A stretch of DNA of 60,019 nucleotides, filler included. It is 4 parts of 4 records of this genome, joined end to end, with 100 filler letters (N's around TTAATTAATTAA, not from the genome) between each part and the next. Parts side by side here need not be neighbours in the genome. Positions count along the whole stretch, not along the records: positions 22,719 to 33,585 come from SRR22947727_1568; positions 33,686 to 54,380 come from SRR22947727_1571; 2 more parts are not named here. One strand, given 5' to 3'. This document shows, piece after piece, positions 28,987 to 40,201 of the stretch. A model generated the notes under the pieces. The model saw only the letters and a list, made by a program, of their open reading frames with translations. It was not told the DNA's origin and searched no databases. The translations under genes were made by a program, and so were the position numbers. Position 1 is the first letter of the stretch; each line of letters begins with the position of its first letter.

Positions 28987-31900
28987 ATGAAAAACCACAA
29001 TTTACTATTAACATTTCTTCTTTCTTTTCCGTTATTTTTAGTTGCTGATGCGCCTGCAGATGAGGACGAAAGTATTAATGTGGTTGCTGAAGAATCAGTT
29101 GATCAATCAAGCTCTGAAGAAGAAGTGCTTGTTGAAGAGGAAGTCTCTGCTTCTGATTCAGTCTTCGTATCTGATGAGGATGTTGAGGAAGTTATTGTAA
29201 CTGGATCGAGGATGAAAAAGAGTACTTTTACTTCGATATCACCCCTACAGATTATTTCTGCTCAAACATCTAGAGAAGTTGGTCTAATTGATGCAACATC
29301 AATATTACAAGAAAGCCCAACAGCTAGTGGTCAACAAGTTGATTTATCTTTTGCTGGATTTAGTTTAGATAATGGACCAGGAACTACTCAAGTAAGTTTA
29401 AGAGGTTTAGGGTCAAATAGAACATTGGTTTTAATAAATGGAAGAAGAGTTGGTCCTGCAGGTGTTGAAGGTGCTCCTTATGCTCCAGATTTAAGTTTAT
29501 TACCTGGCTCACTAATACAAAGATATGAAGTTCTTCTCGACGGTGCGTCATCAGTTTATGGTTCTGATGCGATTGCGGGTGTTACTAACGCTATATTAAG
29601 ATCTGATTTTGAGGGATGGGAAGTTGAAGCTTATGTAGGTGAATCACCTCATCAACATGGTTTTACTGATGACATAACTTTAAATCTTACTTGGGGTAAG
29701 GTCTTTGATAGAGGTTTTCTAGGAATGGGTCTTGAGTATGTAAATAACCCAATGGTTACATATGATGACAGACCATGGACAGAAGATTGTGAGGTTGAGT
29801 ATGAAATCACAAGAGAAGGTGAATATAGAACACAAAACTTATTATACACAGCAGATGGGTATAAAGACCAGCCATTAGATTGTGCATATCAAGGCGATGT
29901 TGGAAGTGTTTGGACGCAGCAAAGTAGAGGCGTTTGGACAATGTACTATAAGGATGGCGCTAATATTAATGATTATATGGACGGTGGTACTTGGCCAACA
30001 ATATATGGTGCTGCTCTTACCGATGCAAATGGTGCAACTGTCTATGGTTACTATGATGCAGATACTGGAGAAGCTTGTGCTGATTTAGCAAGCTGCAGTA
30101 CTAATTATGCTATATGGCCTGTTCCAGATCCTGCTTCAGCAATAGTAACAACAGGTTTTAATGATCAAGATGCTGCAGGTTGGATTGGTCAGGAAATGTT
30201 TTCTGTCGATATTGATCTAGATGGAGATGGTGTTTCTGATGCAACACGTGCAGATTTTAATGTTAATGGTAATGACGGTTTCTCCTCAATGTACCCTGAG
30301 TTTGAAAAAACAAGTTTTATGGCATTTGGTGACTATACATTTGAAAATGGAACTGAGGTCTATTTTGAGCTTCAACATGCTGAAAAAGAAACTTATTCAA
30401 TTAATGGCGGAGTAGTATTATATCCAATGGTGCCAGCTTCAAACCCTTATAATATTTGTAATCCTGCTAATGAAAATGGTTTTGATTGTGGACTTTATGG
30501 TGGTGCAGTAGCTATGGATCCAGATTTTACAGCAGATGCAACAATTGTATATAACAATGCTTACGGCTTTACGGCTCCAGATTACTATGAACAAATATTC
30601 GGTTGGGATAATCATGGAAGTTGTACTATGCAATATGCTAATTATTGTGCACCATACACAGGTTGGTTTGATTATCCAGGTGGGTATTGGAATGGTATTT
30701 TTGGAAGTGGCGTAATTAGAAGTTCAACATACACATCTGTTCACGGAGAGCGTAATCCGGTCCCTATAATGCCTCAGGTTGCTGTTAAGGGTGATAGAAC
30801 AAATGTTGGGACTGAATTCAAACAAACAAGAATGGTATTTGGTGTAAGCGGAGATTTAGATCTTGAGTCTCTAATCCCGTCGGCTAATGGCTTCACATAT
30901 GATGTTTCATATACAGAAACCACATCAAATGGGCTTTCGTATAGAGAAGGCGTCAGAGGAGATAGACTAGCTTTTGCATTAGGCTATGATACTTCTGCTC
31001 CCTACGGAACCCAGCCAGATGAATATCAATATAACGGTTCATTTTACGAGCCCTTAGCATCTCTATTACCTAATGGACCTTGTGATGCTAGTGGTTCAGC
31101 AGGCACTATAGATGCTGACATAGCTGATGGGTGTGTTCCTGTAAATATGTTTGCACCTTCATTGTATAATGGTATTGTTGGAGATTTTGCTACTCAAGCT
31201 GAAAGAGATTATCTTTTTGATACCTCTGTATTTGATACTGAAATCACTCAATCTGTATTTTCTGCATACGTAACTGGGATGCTTGGTTCACTTCAAGGTG
31301 GAGATGTTGGTGTTGTTGCTGGTATTGAACACCAGGATCTGCATATGATGTCAAATCCAGATAAAGTTGCTGATCAGGGTTTATTCTTTGACTATAATGC
31401 TAATGGTGGAGCTAGGGGTGAAACTATTACTGAAGAAGCTTATTTTGAGATTGGGTTACCTCTTTTAGCTGGTTTAAAAGGTATAGAAGAATTAAATGTT
31501 GAAATTTCTGGTAGATCTACATCTGTTGAAACAACTAATTTCTATACTGATGGAACTCAGACTGATTCTGGTAATACTTTCGCTACAAAAATTAGCTATA
31601 GACCTATCACAGACGTTCTTTTAAGAGCAACTAGAGGTTCATCTTTCAGAGCGCCTAATATCAGAGAAGTTGCTCTAAGAGATGAAGAGTTAGTAACAAG
31701 CGTTTATGATTACTGTATTCCTCCCACTGGTGCATGGAGATTAAATGCAGACTCTACAGCTTATATATATGATGAAGAGTTTGATTTCAGAGAGCAAATT
31801 ACTATTGATAACTGTTTTGAAGCTGGTTTAAATCCTTTCAATTTAGGTAACACATTTGCATCTGGCGGTAATACTTATAAATCACCAACAACAAGTATTA

Positions 31901-32811
31901 CTGCTTTAACTGGTGGAGCTACAAATCTAGACAGTGAAACATCAATTTCTGAAACATGGGGAATTGTATGGGATGTTGATTATTCATTATTCTTTGCTGA
32001 TGCAGATGGATCAACTAATACAACTATTGGAATAACTCACTATGATATAGATATTAGTGGAACTATTATTGAACCCTCTGTTGGATATATTAACTATGAC
32101 TGTTTTGTTGGTAAAGCTGGTCTTACAAGTGTTTGGTGTAATAATATTGTTAGAGATCCTACAACAAGTTATATTACTGAAATTAAAGCTGGCTTCTTAA
32201 ATAGAGATTCTGAAATTGCTGCTGGTATAGATTTAAATATTCTTCATACATTTAGCTTTAGTGTTGGCGATACCTTTATTGATGCAGGTATTGATATTAC
32301 AGCTAATAAGGTTAAAGAAAGATCACTATTATATATTAATGATGAGAATGAAAATGATAGAGAGGATTATGTAGGTGAGCCTGGATATCCTGAATACTAT
32401 ATTTATTCAAGAATGTATGCTGATATGGGTGATTGGAGACTCTCTTGGCAAACAACATTCATTGATGATGTTGCTCAAGATGAAGAGGATGCTCTTGATG
32501 ACTGGGGTAATGCATGGGGCTTAGAAAACGACGAGGGAAGAGATATTAAATCTCACACATGTCTCGGTACCGCATATGGAGATACTGACTGTAGAGATGT
32601 TGGATTCATTAAAAACTATGTTGTTCATAATATGTCTATATATTACAGAAAAGATAATTGGAACTTAGGTTTTGGTGTCAGAAATGTATTTGATAAAGAA
32701 CCTCCGATGGTCGACGCTAGTGAAATTACATCTAAGAGTAATGTGCCTTTAGGATATGGATATAATATTAATGGAAGGAATTACTTTATGAATGCATCGT
32801 ATAGATTTTAA
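28987..32811 (+). CDS. TonB-dependent receptor, Cys-rich
   Basis: Signal peptide, acidic linker, TonB box EEVIVTGS, plug SLRGLGSNRTLVLINGRR and DGASSVYGSDAIAGV, SFRAP, C-terminal ...RNVFDKEPP...YRF. Start moved to MKNHN at 28987. Confidence 0.93.
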   Translation: MKNHNLLLTFLLSFPLFLVADAPADEDESINVVAEESVDQSSSEEEVLVEEEVSASDSVFVSDEDVEEVIVTGSRMKKSTFTSISPLQIISAQTSREVGLIDATSILQESPTASGQQVDLSFAGFSLDNGPGTTQVSLRGLGSNRTLVLINGRRVGPAGVEGAPYAPDLSLLPGSLIQRYEVLLDGASSVYGSDAIAGVTNAILRSDFEGWEVEAYVGESPHQHGFTDDITLNLTWGKVFDRGFLGMGLEYVNNPMVTYDDRPWTEDCEVEYEITREGEYRTQNLLYTADGYKDQPLDCAYQGDVGSVWTQQSRGVWTMYYKDGANINDYMDGGTWPTIYGAALTDANGATVYGYYDADTGEACADLASCSTNYAIWPVPDPASAIVTTGFNDQDAAGWIGQEMFSVDIDLDGDGVSDATRADFNVNGNDGFSSMYPEFEKTSFMAFGDYTFENGTEVYFELQHAEKETYSINGGVVLYPMVPASNPYNICNPANENGFDCGLYGGAVAMDPDFTADATIVYNNAYGFTAPDYYEQIFGWDNHGSCTMQYANYCAPYTGWFDYPGGYWNGIFGSGVIRSSTYTSVHGERNPVPIMPQVAVKGDRTNVGTEFKQTRMVFGVSGDLDLESLIPSANGFTYDVSYTETTSNGLSYREGVRGDRLAFALGYDTSAPYGTQPDEYQYNGSFYEPLASLLPNGPCDASGSAGTIDADIADGCVPVNMFAPSLYNGIVGDFATQAERDYLFDTSVFDTEITQSVFSAYVTGMLGSLQGGDVGVVAGIEHQDLHMMSNPDKVADQGLFFDYNANGGARGETITEEAYFEIGLPLLAGLKGIEELNVEISGRSTSVETTNFYTDGTQTDSGNTFATKISYRPITDVLLRATRGSSFRAPNIREVALRDEELVTSVYDYCIPPTGAWRLNADSTAYIYDEEFDFREQITIDNCFEAGLNPFNLGNTFASGGNTYKSPTTSITALTGGATNLDSETSISETWGIVWDVDYSLFFADADGSTNTTIGITHYDIDISGTIIEPSVGYINYDCFVGKAGLTSVWCNNIVRDPTTSYITEIKAGFLNRDSEIAAGIDLNILHTFSFSVGDTFIDAGIDITANKVKERSLLYINDENENDREDYVGEPGYPEYYIYSRMYADMGDWRLSWQTTFIDDVAQDEEDALDDWGNAWGLENDEGRDIKSHTCLGTAYGDTDCRDVGFIKNYVVHNMSIYYRKDNWNLGFGVRNVFDKEPPMVDASEITSKSNVPLGYGYNINGRNYFMNASYRF

Positions 32812-32829
32812 TTTGAATTAAACTTTAAT

Positions 32830-32866
32830 AGTGAGCATAATATAATAATTATGCTCACTTTTTTTT
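32830..32866 (+). terminator. Intrinsic terminator after the TonB-dependent receptor
   Basis: AGTGAGCATAAT-ATAATA-ATTATGCTCACT followed by a T run. Confidence 0.85.
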
Positions 32867-32876
32867 ATCTAAAATA

Positions 32877-33585
32877 ATGAAAAAACTACTTCTAATATCA
32901 ATTTTATTTTTATCATCTCTTGGTAATGCCGAGCCGTATCCAACAGAGTACTGGGCGGTACGAAATGGAGTCTCAAACTTTCAAATATCTTCTGATGGAA
33001 CATATATTTCATATCTATATATTGCTTCTAAAAATTCTGATCCTGTAATTCATATAAAAAATACAAACGACCTAACAAAAGAACCTCAGGTCATTGGTGC
33101 AGATATAATGGAAGTTCAAAGTCATTCCTGGGTAGATAACACTAGAATGGTTATTAATTTCCGTCAAAAAACTCGTGAAAATATTAAAGGATTTAATGAT
33201 GGAATCTATGATTATAAATCCGCTCTACTTGATGTAAAAAAGGGTAAATTCACTGAATTAGAAAAAATGAAAAGTGGTACTGGTCAAAATTCAATTATGT
33301 ATGTTGAAAACTCACTTCCATATGATAAAAATAATATTTTAGTTGGTTACGCGGATACTGCTGGTAAGTCTGGTGGTTCTAGTTACAGCTACTATAAACT
33401 TAACTTAAATAATTTTAAAAAGCGGTTAGTACTAAAGGGAAATAGTGAATTCGGAAATATTAGATTTAATGCAAAAGGAAAACCACTTACAGCATCTTCA
33501 TTTGACTATGCTAAAGGTGATTACGTAAGCTACTATAGAGATTATAACGGAGAAACAGAGGGTAAAGAGTGGATTGAATATCATA
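32877..33585 (+). CDS. Probable S9 (prolyl oligopeptidase-type) peptidase N-terminal region, truncated
   Basis: Signal peptide, P.P.EYWA...ISSDG.Y beta-propeller-like start and position after a TonB-dependent receptor. The catalytic domain is not in the window. Confidence 0.55.
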
Positions 33586-33685
33586 NNNNNNNNNNNNNNN
33601 NNNNNNNNNNNNNNNNNNNNNNNNNNNNNTTAATTAATTAANNNNNNNNNNNNNNNNNNNNNNNNNNNNNNNNNNNNNNNNNNNN
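33586..33685. other. Artificial contig linker
   Basis: N run + TTAATTAATTAA + N run, 100 bp. Confidence 0.98.
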
Positions 33686-33722
33686 ACAGATTGATTTTGG
33701 CAGGCGCAACAATTGTGATCAT
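33686..33722 (-). CDS. ispE: 5' end of 4-diphosphocytidyl-2-C-methyl-D-erythritol kinase
   Basis: ATG at 33722 overlaps the TPR stop (ATGA) and translates MITIVAPAKINL, the IspE N-terminal motif. TPR-ispE order is typical of Alphaproteobacteria. Confidence 0.75.
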
Positions 33723-35371
33723 TGCTTTAATTTGGCGGTAAATTCGGCTTTCAGGTCATCTTCGGTGGCAATCGTCAGCGCATATTGCCATTTGAAATGC
33801 GCTTCGGCATGGCGGCCGGTCTCCCAATAAGCGTCACCAAGATGGCCGGTGATGACCGCATCCATTGGTTCAAGAATGGTTGCTTTTTCCAGAAAGGCAA
33901 CGGCAAGATCATAATTGCCAAGCTTGTAATGAACCCATCCAAGCGAGTCGACAAAATAGCCGCTTCTTGGGCGCAGCCGCACCGCCTGTTCAATCAGTTT
34001 AATGGCTTCATCAAGATTGCGCCCATCATCGGCCCACCAATAGCCAAGATAATTCAGCGTATAGGGATCATTTGGATTTTTTGCCAACGCCGCTTTGAAA
34101 CGATCTTCGGCAAGCTGGTCCTGTTCAAGCTGTTCATAGGAAATGCCAAGATTGCGATCAAGATCGCCCGAAGCCAAACCAAGATCTAGCGCTATCAGAT
34201 AGGCATCACGCGCTTTTTCATATTGATCCGACATCCGGTAAAGATCGCCAAGTTCTTTTTGCAAAAGCGCATTATCACCGTCCTTATCAACGGCGGTTTG
34301 CATCAAGGCGATGGCACCGGTCATATTGTCTTTGCGTTCAAGATCGACCCGTAACAATAATTGTGGTTGCCCCCAAGCCCCCGCAACATCAATGGCGTCA
34401 AGCTCGGTAATGGCGGCTTGATATTGCTCCATTTCATAGAGCGCTTGTGCCAACAAAAAGCGGGCACTGTCGATTTGCGGATCAAGATATAATGCCAGAC
34501 CAAGCCTTGCATTTAACATGCCGCCGGTTTGTGACTGGCTGTTGATCAGGCTTGTATCAATGATGCCAGCGGCAATATGGCTTGCAATTTTTGGTGGCTT
34601 GGCTTGGTTTAAAAGCTGATTCTGCACCGCCTTTTTGTCAAAGCCAGTGGGAAGCCGTTTGATCAATTGCGCCATTTTTTTGGTCTCGCCATGGCGGGCA
34701 TAAAGGCCGGCAAGCTGAAGCAGAATTTGGGATGGTAAATTTTGTCGGTTAAACAGCCCATCGGCAAAACCACGCATTTCGGAATCATTGCCAAGATGGG
34801 CGGATAGGCGCGCCGCCTGCATGGCAAAAACCGAAGGCATCTCCTGCCCATCTGCTGTGCTTGCCTTGCCGATTTTCAGCAGATGCGATAATCCTGCCGC
34901 GCCCTGTCCCTTGGCGGTTAATGCCCATGCCTTGATCACGGCGGCAACTGGCTGGGCATCAAGATTTTCGGCAATATGATCGGCCAGAACCAAAACCGCA
35001 TCCCAGTCCTCAAGCAAAATCGCCTTTGCCGTTGCTGGCTCGCTGGCATAGCTGGTGGCGAGATTCAGCATTTCCATATTGCGTGCAATCGCAGCGGCCG
35101 TATCAATATGACCAAGCTGATATTGCGTATAAAATGCCTGTTGCAACAGGCTTGCATTATCACGATCAAAATTCAGCGCGGTCAGGTAAAATTTAGCCGA
35201 TGCGCCAACATCACGGAAATACAACGCCTGGCGTGCGGCCAGAAAATTCGCCGCAATCGTGCCTTGGGTTGGTTCAAATTTTGTTGACGCAATCGATTTT
35301 GGCGATGGCATGGTGCTACAGCTTGCCGTCAGAACCATGCCAACAAACAACAGCCAATGCCGGTTTTTCAC
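33719..35371 (-). CDS. Tetratricopeptide repeat lipoprotein
   Basis: Lipobox-like LTASC after GTG at 35371; C-terminal LNYLGY...DSLGWVHY...HLGDAYW TPR motifs. The longer ORF start overlaps ETF-QO and is unlikely. Confidence 0.88.
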   Translation of the reverse strand: MKNRHWLLFVGMVLTASCSTMPSPKSIASTKFEPTQGTIAANFLAARQALYFRDVGASAKFYLTALNFDRDNASLLQQAFYTQYQLGHIDTAAAIARNMEMLNLATSYASEPATAKAILLEDWDAVLVLADHIAENLDAQPVAAVIKAWALTAKGQGAAGLSHLLKIGKASTADGQEMPSVFAMQAARLSAHLGNDSEMRGFADGLFNRQNLPSQILLQLAGLYARHGETKKMAQLIKRLPTGFDKKAVQNQLLNQAKPPKIASHIAAGIIDTSLINSQSQTGGMLNARLGLALYLDPQIDSARFLLAQALYEMEQYQAAITELDAIDVAGAWGQPQLLLRVDLERKDNMTGAIALMQTAVDKDGDNALLQKELGDLYRMSDQYEKARDAYLIALDLGLASGDLDRNLGISYEQLEQDQLAEDRFKAALAKNPNDPYTLNYLGYWWADDGRNLDEAIKLIEQAVRLRPRSGYFVDSLGWVHYKLGNYDLAVAFLEKATILEPMDAVITGHLGDAYWETGRHAEAHFKWQYALTIATEDDLKAEFTAKLKQ

Positions 35372-35430
35372 CGGCCGCCGTGACAAGATTTCTGGCTTTT
35401 TTATTTTATCTAGATTGCCCAAAGTCACCC

Positions 35431-37065
35431 TCACATATTGGGGTAATTTGGCCCGCCTCCACCCTCGGGGCTGACCCACACAATATTTTGTGATGGGTCT
35501 TTGATATCACAAGTTTTACAATGAACACAATTTTGCGCGTTAATTTGCAATCTTGGATCACCGCCATCGTCATTTTTGACAATTTCATAAACACCCGCCG
35601 GACAATAGCGTTGCTCAGGTGAATCATATAGCGCCAGATTATGGTTAATCGGAACCGACGCATCCTTCAGGGTAAGATGGGCAGGCTGATTTTCTTCATG
35701 ATTGGTGCCCGATAAAAAGACCGATGAATTGCGGTCAAAACTGACAATGCCATCAGGTTTGGGATAGTCGATTTTTGGCGCGCCGCTTGCCAGCTTTAGA
35801 TTCTCATGGTCGGCATGATGGCGCAATGTCCACGGCGCTTTGCCGAAAAACAAATAGGTGTCAAGCGCTGCATGCGCAAGGCCAAGCCAAAGGCCTTTGA
35901 CAAATCCTGGCCTGATATTACGAACCTTGTAAAGTTCGGCCCATAGCCAGCTATCTTCCAACCGGCTGGCATAGCTTGCTGGCTCGTCACCGGCCTGCAA
36001 TGTTTCGAGCGATTCAAAAATCGCTTCGGCGGCAAGCATGCCTGATTTCATTGCCGTATGGGTGCCTTTAATTTTTGGAACATTCAAAAAGCCTGCCGTA
36101 CAGCCAACAAGACAGCCGCCCGGGAAGGTTAATTTTGGTACCGATTGGAAACCGCCTTCATTCAGCGCCCGCGCGCCATAGGAAACGCGCCGTCCACCAA
36201 CAAATGTATCGCGAACCGCCGGATGATTCTTGAAACGCTGAAATTCTTCAAAAGGCGAAAGATGCGGGTTGCTGTAATCAAGCCCGACAACATAGCCAAC
36301 CGCAACCTGATTGCCATTGAGATGATAAAGGAACGATCCGCCATAAGTGTCGCTTGCCAATGGCCAGCCAACCGAATGCCAAGCAAGGCCAGCTTTGGCC
36401 TTTTCCGGATCAATATCCCATAATTCCTTAATGCCAATGGCAAAGGTTTGCGGGTCTTTGCCTTCACGAAGGTCATATTTTTCAAAAAGATTCTTGGTTA
36501 GATGGCCGCGACAGCCCTCGGCAAAAATTGTCTGTTTGGCGTGTAATTCCATTCCGCGCATATAATTGTCAGTTGGATTGCCATCCTTGCCAATGCCCAT
36601 ATCACCTGTTGCCACGCCTTTGACGCGGCCTTGATCATCATACAGAATTTCGGCTGCGGGAAAGCCGGGATAGATTTCAACGCCAAGCGCCTCAGCCTGT
36701 TCACCAAGCCAGCGACAAAAATTACCAAGTGAAATAATGTAATTGCCGTGATTATTCATGCTTGGCGGTGTTGGCATGCGAAAGCTGCCCGTTTCGGTCA
36801 AAAACATGAATTTATCGGCGGTGACTGGCGTATCGAGCGGCGCGCCGCGTTCTTGCCAATCGGGAATCAATTCGTTCAGGCTTCGCGGTTCAAGAACGGC
36901 ACCTGACAGAATATGAGCGCCAATCTCGCTTCCCTTTTCGATCAGACACACTTCGATGTTTTTGCCAGCTTCATTGGCCAGCTGTTTCAGCTGGATTGCC
37001 GCTGACAGACCCGATGGCCCGCCACCAACAATCACAACGTCAAATTCCATCACTTCGCGTTCCAT
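35431..37065 (-). CDS. Electron transfer flavoprotein-ubiquinone oxidoreductase
   Basis: [65 protein letters not shown]. Confidence 0.95.
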   Translation of the reverse strand: MEREVMEFDVVIVGGGPSGLSAAIQLKQLANEAGKNIEVCLIEKGSEIGAHILSGAVLEPRSLNELIPDWQERGAPLDTPVTADKFMFLTETGSFRMPTPPSMNNHGNYIISLGNFCRWLGEQAEALGVEIYPGFPAAEILYDDQGRVKGVATGDMGIGKDGNPTDNYMRGMELHAKQTIFAEGCRGHLTKNLFEKYDLREGKDPQTFAIGIKELWDIDPEKAKAGLAWHSVGWPLASDTYGGSFLYHLNGNQVAVGYVVGLDYSNPHLSPFEEFQRFKNHPAVRDTFVGGRRVSYGARALNEGGFQSVPKLTFPGGCLVGCTAGFLNVPKIKGTHTAMKSGMLAAEAIFESLETLQAGDEPASYASRLEDSWLWAELYKVRNIRPGFVKGLWLGLAHAALDTYLFFGKAPWTLRHHADHENLKLASGAPKIDYPKPDGIVSFDRNSSVFLSGTNHEENQPAHLTLKDASVPINHNLALYDSPEQRYCPAGVYEIVKNDDGGDPRLQINAQNCVHCKTCDIKDPSQNIVWVSPEGGGGPNYPNM

Positions 37066-37250
37066 CTTTATTCCCACCTATGTCTACATAGTTTTAAATT
37101 GCAGCCGGCTTTATGTTACCATAAGAAGCCTTGAAACCGGCTTCAAGCTAATTGATCTCATTGGCCAATTGATCTAGTTGGATGTCCATGCAAGATTGAT
37201 ATTGCGCATTTTTGCCCTGATGAAACAACCAAAATTCGACGGATTTTTAT

Positions 37251-38198
37251 ATGTTGGCACAAAATGATGACCGAAATGAACTGATTGCGATGCTGGCATG
37301 GCAATTGGATATGGGCATCGACGAGGCTTTGCTTGATCACCCCCAAGCTGATGCGGTGCCATTGCGGCTTGATCAGCTTTTGGCCGTTGCCGCACCAGCT
37401 GGTGATACAGGCGTCAGTCAAACCGTCATGGGTGGTGCTGCGCCGCACCCGTCAGACGCGGTAAAAATGCCCAATCCAGCTTCGGTTAATTCGGGCTTGG
37501 TCAATCCAGCTGCAAACCCAGCTCTGGCTAATTCTGAAGCCGTCCCCCCCGAAGGCAAAATCAATGCCGATGGCGCGGCGCTTGCTGGCATCACCAGCCT
37601 TGCCGATCTGCAATTAGGTCTGGCCAAGCTTGATGATTGCCCGTTGAAACATACCGCCAGTAATCTGTGTTTTGCCGATGGCAATCCGGGCGCGCGCCTG
37701 ATGATTATTGGCGAGGCACCGGGCCGTGATGAAGACCGGATGGGGGTGCCGTTTGTCGGCGCTGATGGCCAGCTTCTTGATAAGATGATTGCCTCGATTG
37801 GTCTTGATCGGGCGTCGGTCTATCTAACCAATCTTTTGCCATGGCGCCCACCTGGCAATCGCAGCCCAACCGATGAAGAAACGGCAATGCTGTTGCCATG
37901 GCTGTTTCGCCATGTGCAGCTTGCCAAGCCTGAATTTGTTCTGCTTTTGGGCGGGGCAGCGGCCAAATTGGTGTTGGGCAGTCATGATGGAATTATGAAA
38001 TTGCGCGGTCGTTGGCGTGATGTTGATTTTGGTGATGGCGTAGCGCGGCCGGTTCTGGCCAGCCTTCATCCGGCTTATCTTTTGCGGTCGCCGGCGCAAA
38101 AACGACTTGCCTTTGAAGATTTGCTTTTGCTGACAAACGGCTTGGCGCGGTACAGTCAAATGACGAAACAGGTTGATCCGCCAGCGGCTGCAAGGTAG
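37251..38198 (+). CDS. Uracil-DNA glycosylase family 4
   Basis: IGEAPGRDED..G.PFVG, WRPPGNR.P, HPAYLLR. Confidence 0.92.
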   Translation: MLAQNDDRNELIAMLAWQLDMGIDEALLDHPQADAVPLRLDQLLAVAAPAGDTGVSQTVMGGAAPHPSDAVKMPNPASVNSGLVNPAANPALANSEAVPPEGKINADGAALAGITSLADLQLGLAKLDDCPLKHTASNLCFADGNPGARLMIIGEAPGRDEDRMGVPFVGADGQLLDKMIASIGLDRASVYLTNLLPWRPPGNRSPTDEETAMLLPWLFRHVQLAKPEFVLLLGGAAAKLVLGSHDGIMKLRGRWRDVDFGDGVARPVLASLHPAYLLRSPAQKRLAFEDLLLLTNGLARYSQMTKQVDPPAAAR

Positions 38199-38264
38199 GA
38201 CATAAAGGTGGGTTTAATTGACGATGATGACTACCAGCCAACGCCATAACGCAAGGGCCTTTCC

Positions 38265-40121
38265 ATGAGTTTCAATTTACCCGCCGATTTCACTAAAAAG
38301 ATGCTTTGGGGTCTCTTGCCCTTCATGACAGGTTTTATGATGCTAAGCCAACGCGCAAATCTGGCCCGTTCAAATATAGCTGGTCGTTATTATATGCGGC
38401 TGGTTTTGCCGGTGATGGCCTTGCTTGTTTTCATCGGGTCAGCGGGTGCTCAATCGCTGCCAGAACCATTGGGCGCGGCTGATGTTATTCAATATAAGCG
38501 TCTTATTGAATTGCAGAAAAACGGCAATATAAAACAGGCCATTCGCGAAATGGGCCGATTGAAAGATCCGGTCTTAAAAGGCCATTTGCTGGCGCAGCGA
38601 TATCTGCACCCAACCGCATGGCGCTCAAGCTATAAGGAATTATCCAGCTGGCTTGCCGCCTATAATGATCATCCGGATGCAAGCCGAATTTATTGGCTTG
38701 CCAAACGGCGCAAACCGAAAAATGCGCGCAGCCCAAAAGCGCCAAAACCCGGTTATTTGAATGGCTATGGTCAAGCTGGCGCGCATGGCTATCGGCCGCG
38801 TATTCCGGCAAGCAATGCTGGTCGGGCCTCGCCAACACGAACCGCTTCGATTGCGCGTTCGATCCGGCGGGCAATCCGTCGTGGCTGGCCATCAGGCGCG
38901 CTTGATATTGTGAATGACCCGCAGAATAAACGCTATTTGACGGCTGCCGAAGAAGGCCAGCTTCGCGGTGAGATTGCCCATGCCTATTTTATTTTTGGTG
39001 TTGATTCAAAGGCCATTCGGCAAGCGCGCTATGCGATTGGCATTGGGCGGGAATATGCGCAATTGGCCTATTGGGCAGGCGGTCTTGCATCATGGCGAAG
39101 TGGCCAGATTGACGTTGCCGGCCAGTTTTTCCGGACGCTTGCCAATCTTGCCGAAGCCAATCCGGGCGAGCGAAGCGCGGCTGCCTATTGGGCGCATCGT
39201 GTTGAAATGCGCCAAGGACGCCCGCTTGAGTCGATCCGTTATCTTGAAGTTTCGGCGCGTGAAATTGACAGTTTTTATGGTGTCGTATCGCGTCATGCGC
39301 TTGGCCAGAAGATCAATATTTCGTTTGACCTGCCTGAAATTGATGCCGGTTTTTATAGCTGGCTTAGCGCCCGCCCGGGGGGGAAACGAATTTTCGCGCT
39401 GTTACAGCTTGGCGAAACCCACTCGGCCGAGCGTGAATTGCGCTATCTCTGGATGGAAATGCCCGAACAATATCGCCTTGGGGTGATGCGCTTTGCGTCC
39501 GAAAACGGCATGGCGGGATTGTCATTTCGGGTTGCTGAAATCATTCGCAAAGATACAGGTGTCAGCTGGTATGGCGCGCTTTATCCGCATCCGCAATTCA
39601 AGGTCGATTATGATATTGACGAAGCGCTTGTTTGGGCGATTTCACGACAGGAATCAGGCTTTAATCCCCGCGCCAAAAGCAGTGCCAAGGCTGCTGGCCT
39701 GATGCAGCTTATGCCCGCCACCGCTTCATTCATCGCGCGGGATCGGGGCTATCGTGGCCGCAAAAGACATCAGCTTTTTGAACCTGAACTCAATCTCAGA
39801 CTTGGCCAGACCTATATTCAGCATCTGCTTGCTGAACCGCTTGTCGAAAGCTCGCTAATTCGGCTTTTGGCAGCGTATAATGGTGGGCCGGGGAATTTGC
39901 GCAAATGGCTTGGCAAGGTTGACCATCAGGATGATCCATTTTTGCTGGTCGAATCAATTCCAGCGCGTGAAACGCGATATTATGTGAAAAATGTCATTTC
40001 CAATCTTGGCATTTACCGGCAACGTTTTGGCGAGACAACGCCTGCCTTGTCAGGTCTTGCCGCTGGCAATGGTGGTAAATTCGTCCCAAGTGAGGCGACT
40101 GATAAGGGTTTGGCAAATTAG
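38265..40121 (+). CDS. Soluble lytic murein transglycosylase (SLT domain)
   Basis: RQESGFNP, GLMQLMP, AAYNGGPG, ETRYYV. True start probably downstream (for example 38394). Confidence 0.9.
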   Translation: MSFNLPADFTKKMLWGLLPFMTGFMMLSQRANLARSNIAGRYYMRLVLPVMALLVFIGSAGAQSLPEPLGAADVIQYKRLIELQKNGNIKQAIREMGRLKDPVLKGHLLAQRYLHPTAWRSSYKELSSWLAAYNDHPDASRIYWLAKRRKPKNARSPKAPKPGYLNGYGQAGAHGYRPRIPASNAGRASPTRTASIARSIRRAIRRGWPSGALDIVNDPQNKRYLTAAEEGQLRGEIAHAYFIFGVDSKAIRQARYAIGIGREYAQLAYWAGGLASWRSGQIDVAGQFFRTLANLAEANPGERSAAAYWAHRVEMRQGRPLESIRYLEVSAREIDSFYGVVSRHALGQKINISFDLPEIDAGFYSWLSARPGGKRIFALLQLGETHSAERELRYLWMEMPEQYRLGVMRFASENGMAGLSFRVAEIIRKDTGVSWYGALYPHPQFKVDYDIDEALVWAISRQESGFNPRAKSSAKAAGLMQLMPATASFIARDRGYRGRKRHQLFEPELNLRLGQTYIQHLLAEPLVESSLIRLLAAYNGGPGNLRKWLGKVDHQDDPFLLVESIPARETRYYVKNVISNLGIYRQRFGETTPALSGLAAGNGGKFVPSEATDKGLAN

Positions 40122-40201
40122 CTGGCAGATAAACCCAACATGCTGGCAAGGCTGGGTACGCCTGCCGCCAGATGATGAGCAAATGATAAGAGGCAAAATA
40201 A

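Noticed and set aside
38130-38198. Possible frameshift in the UDG C-terminal tail
   Set aside because: All catalytic motifs lie upstream and the tail is variable; no evidence without reads.
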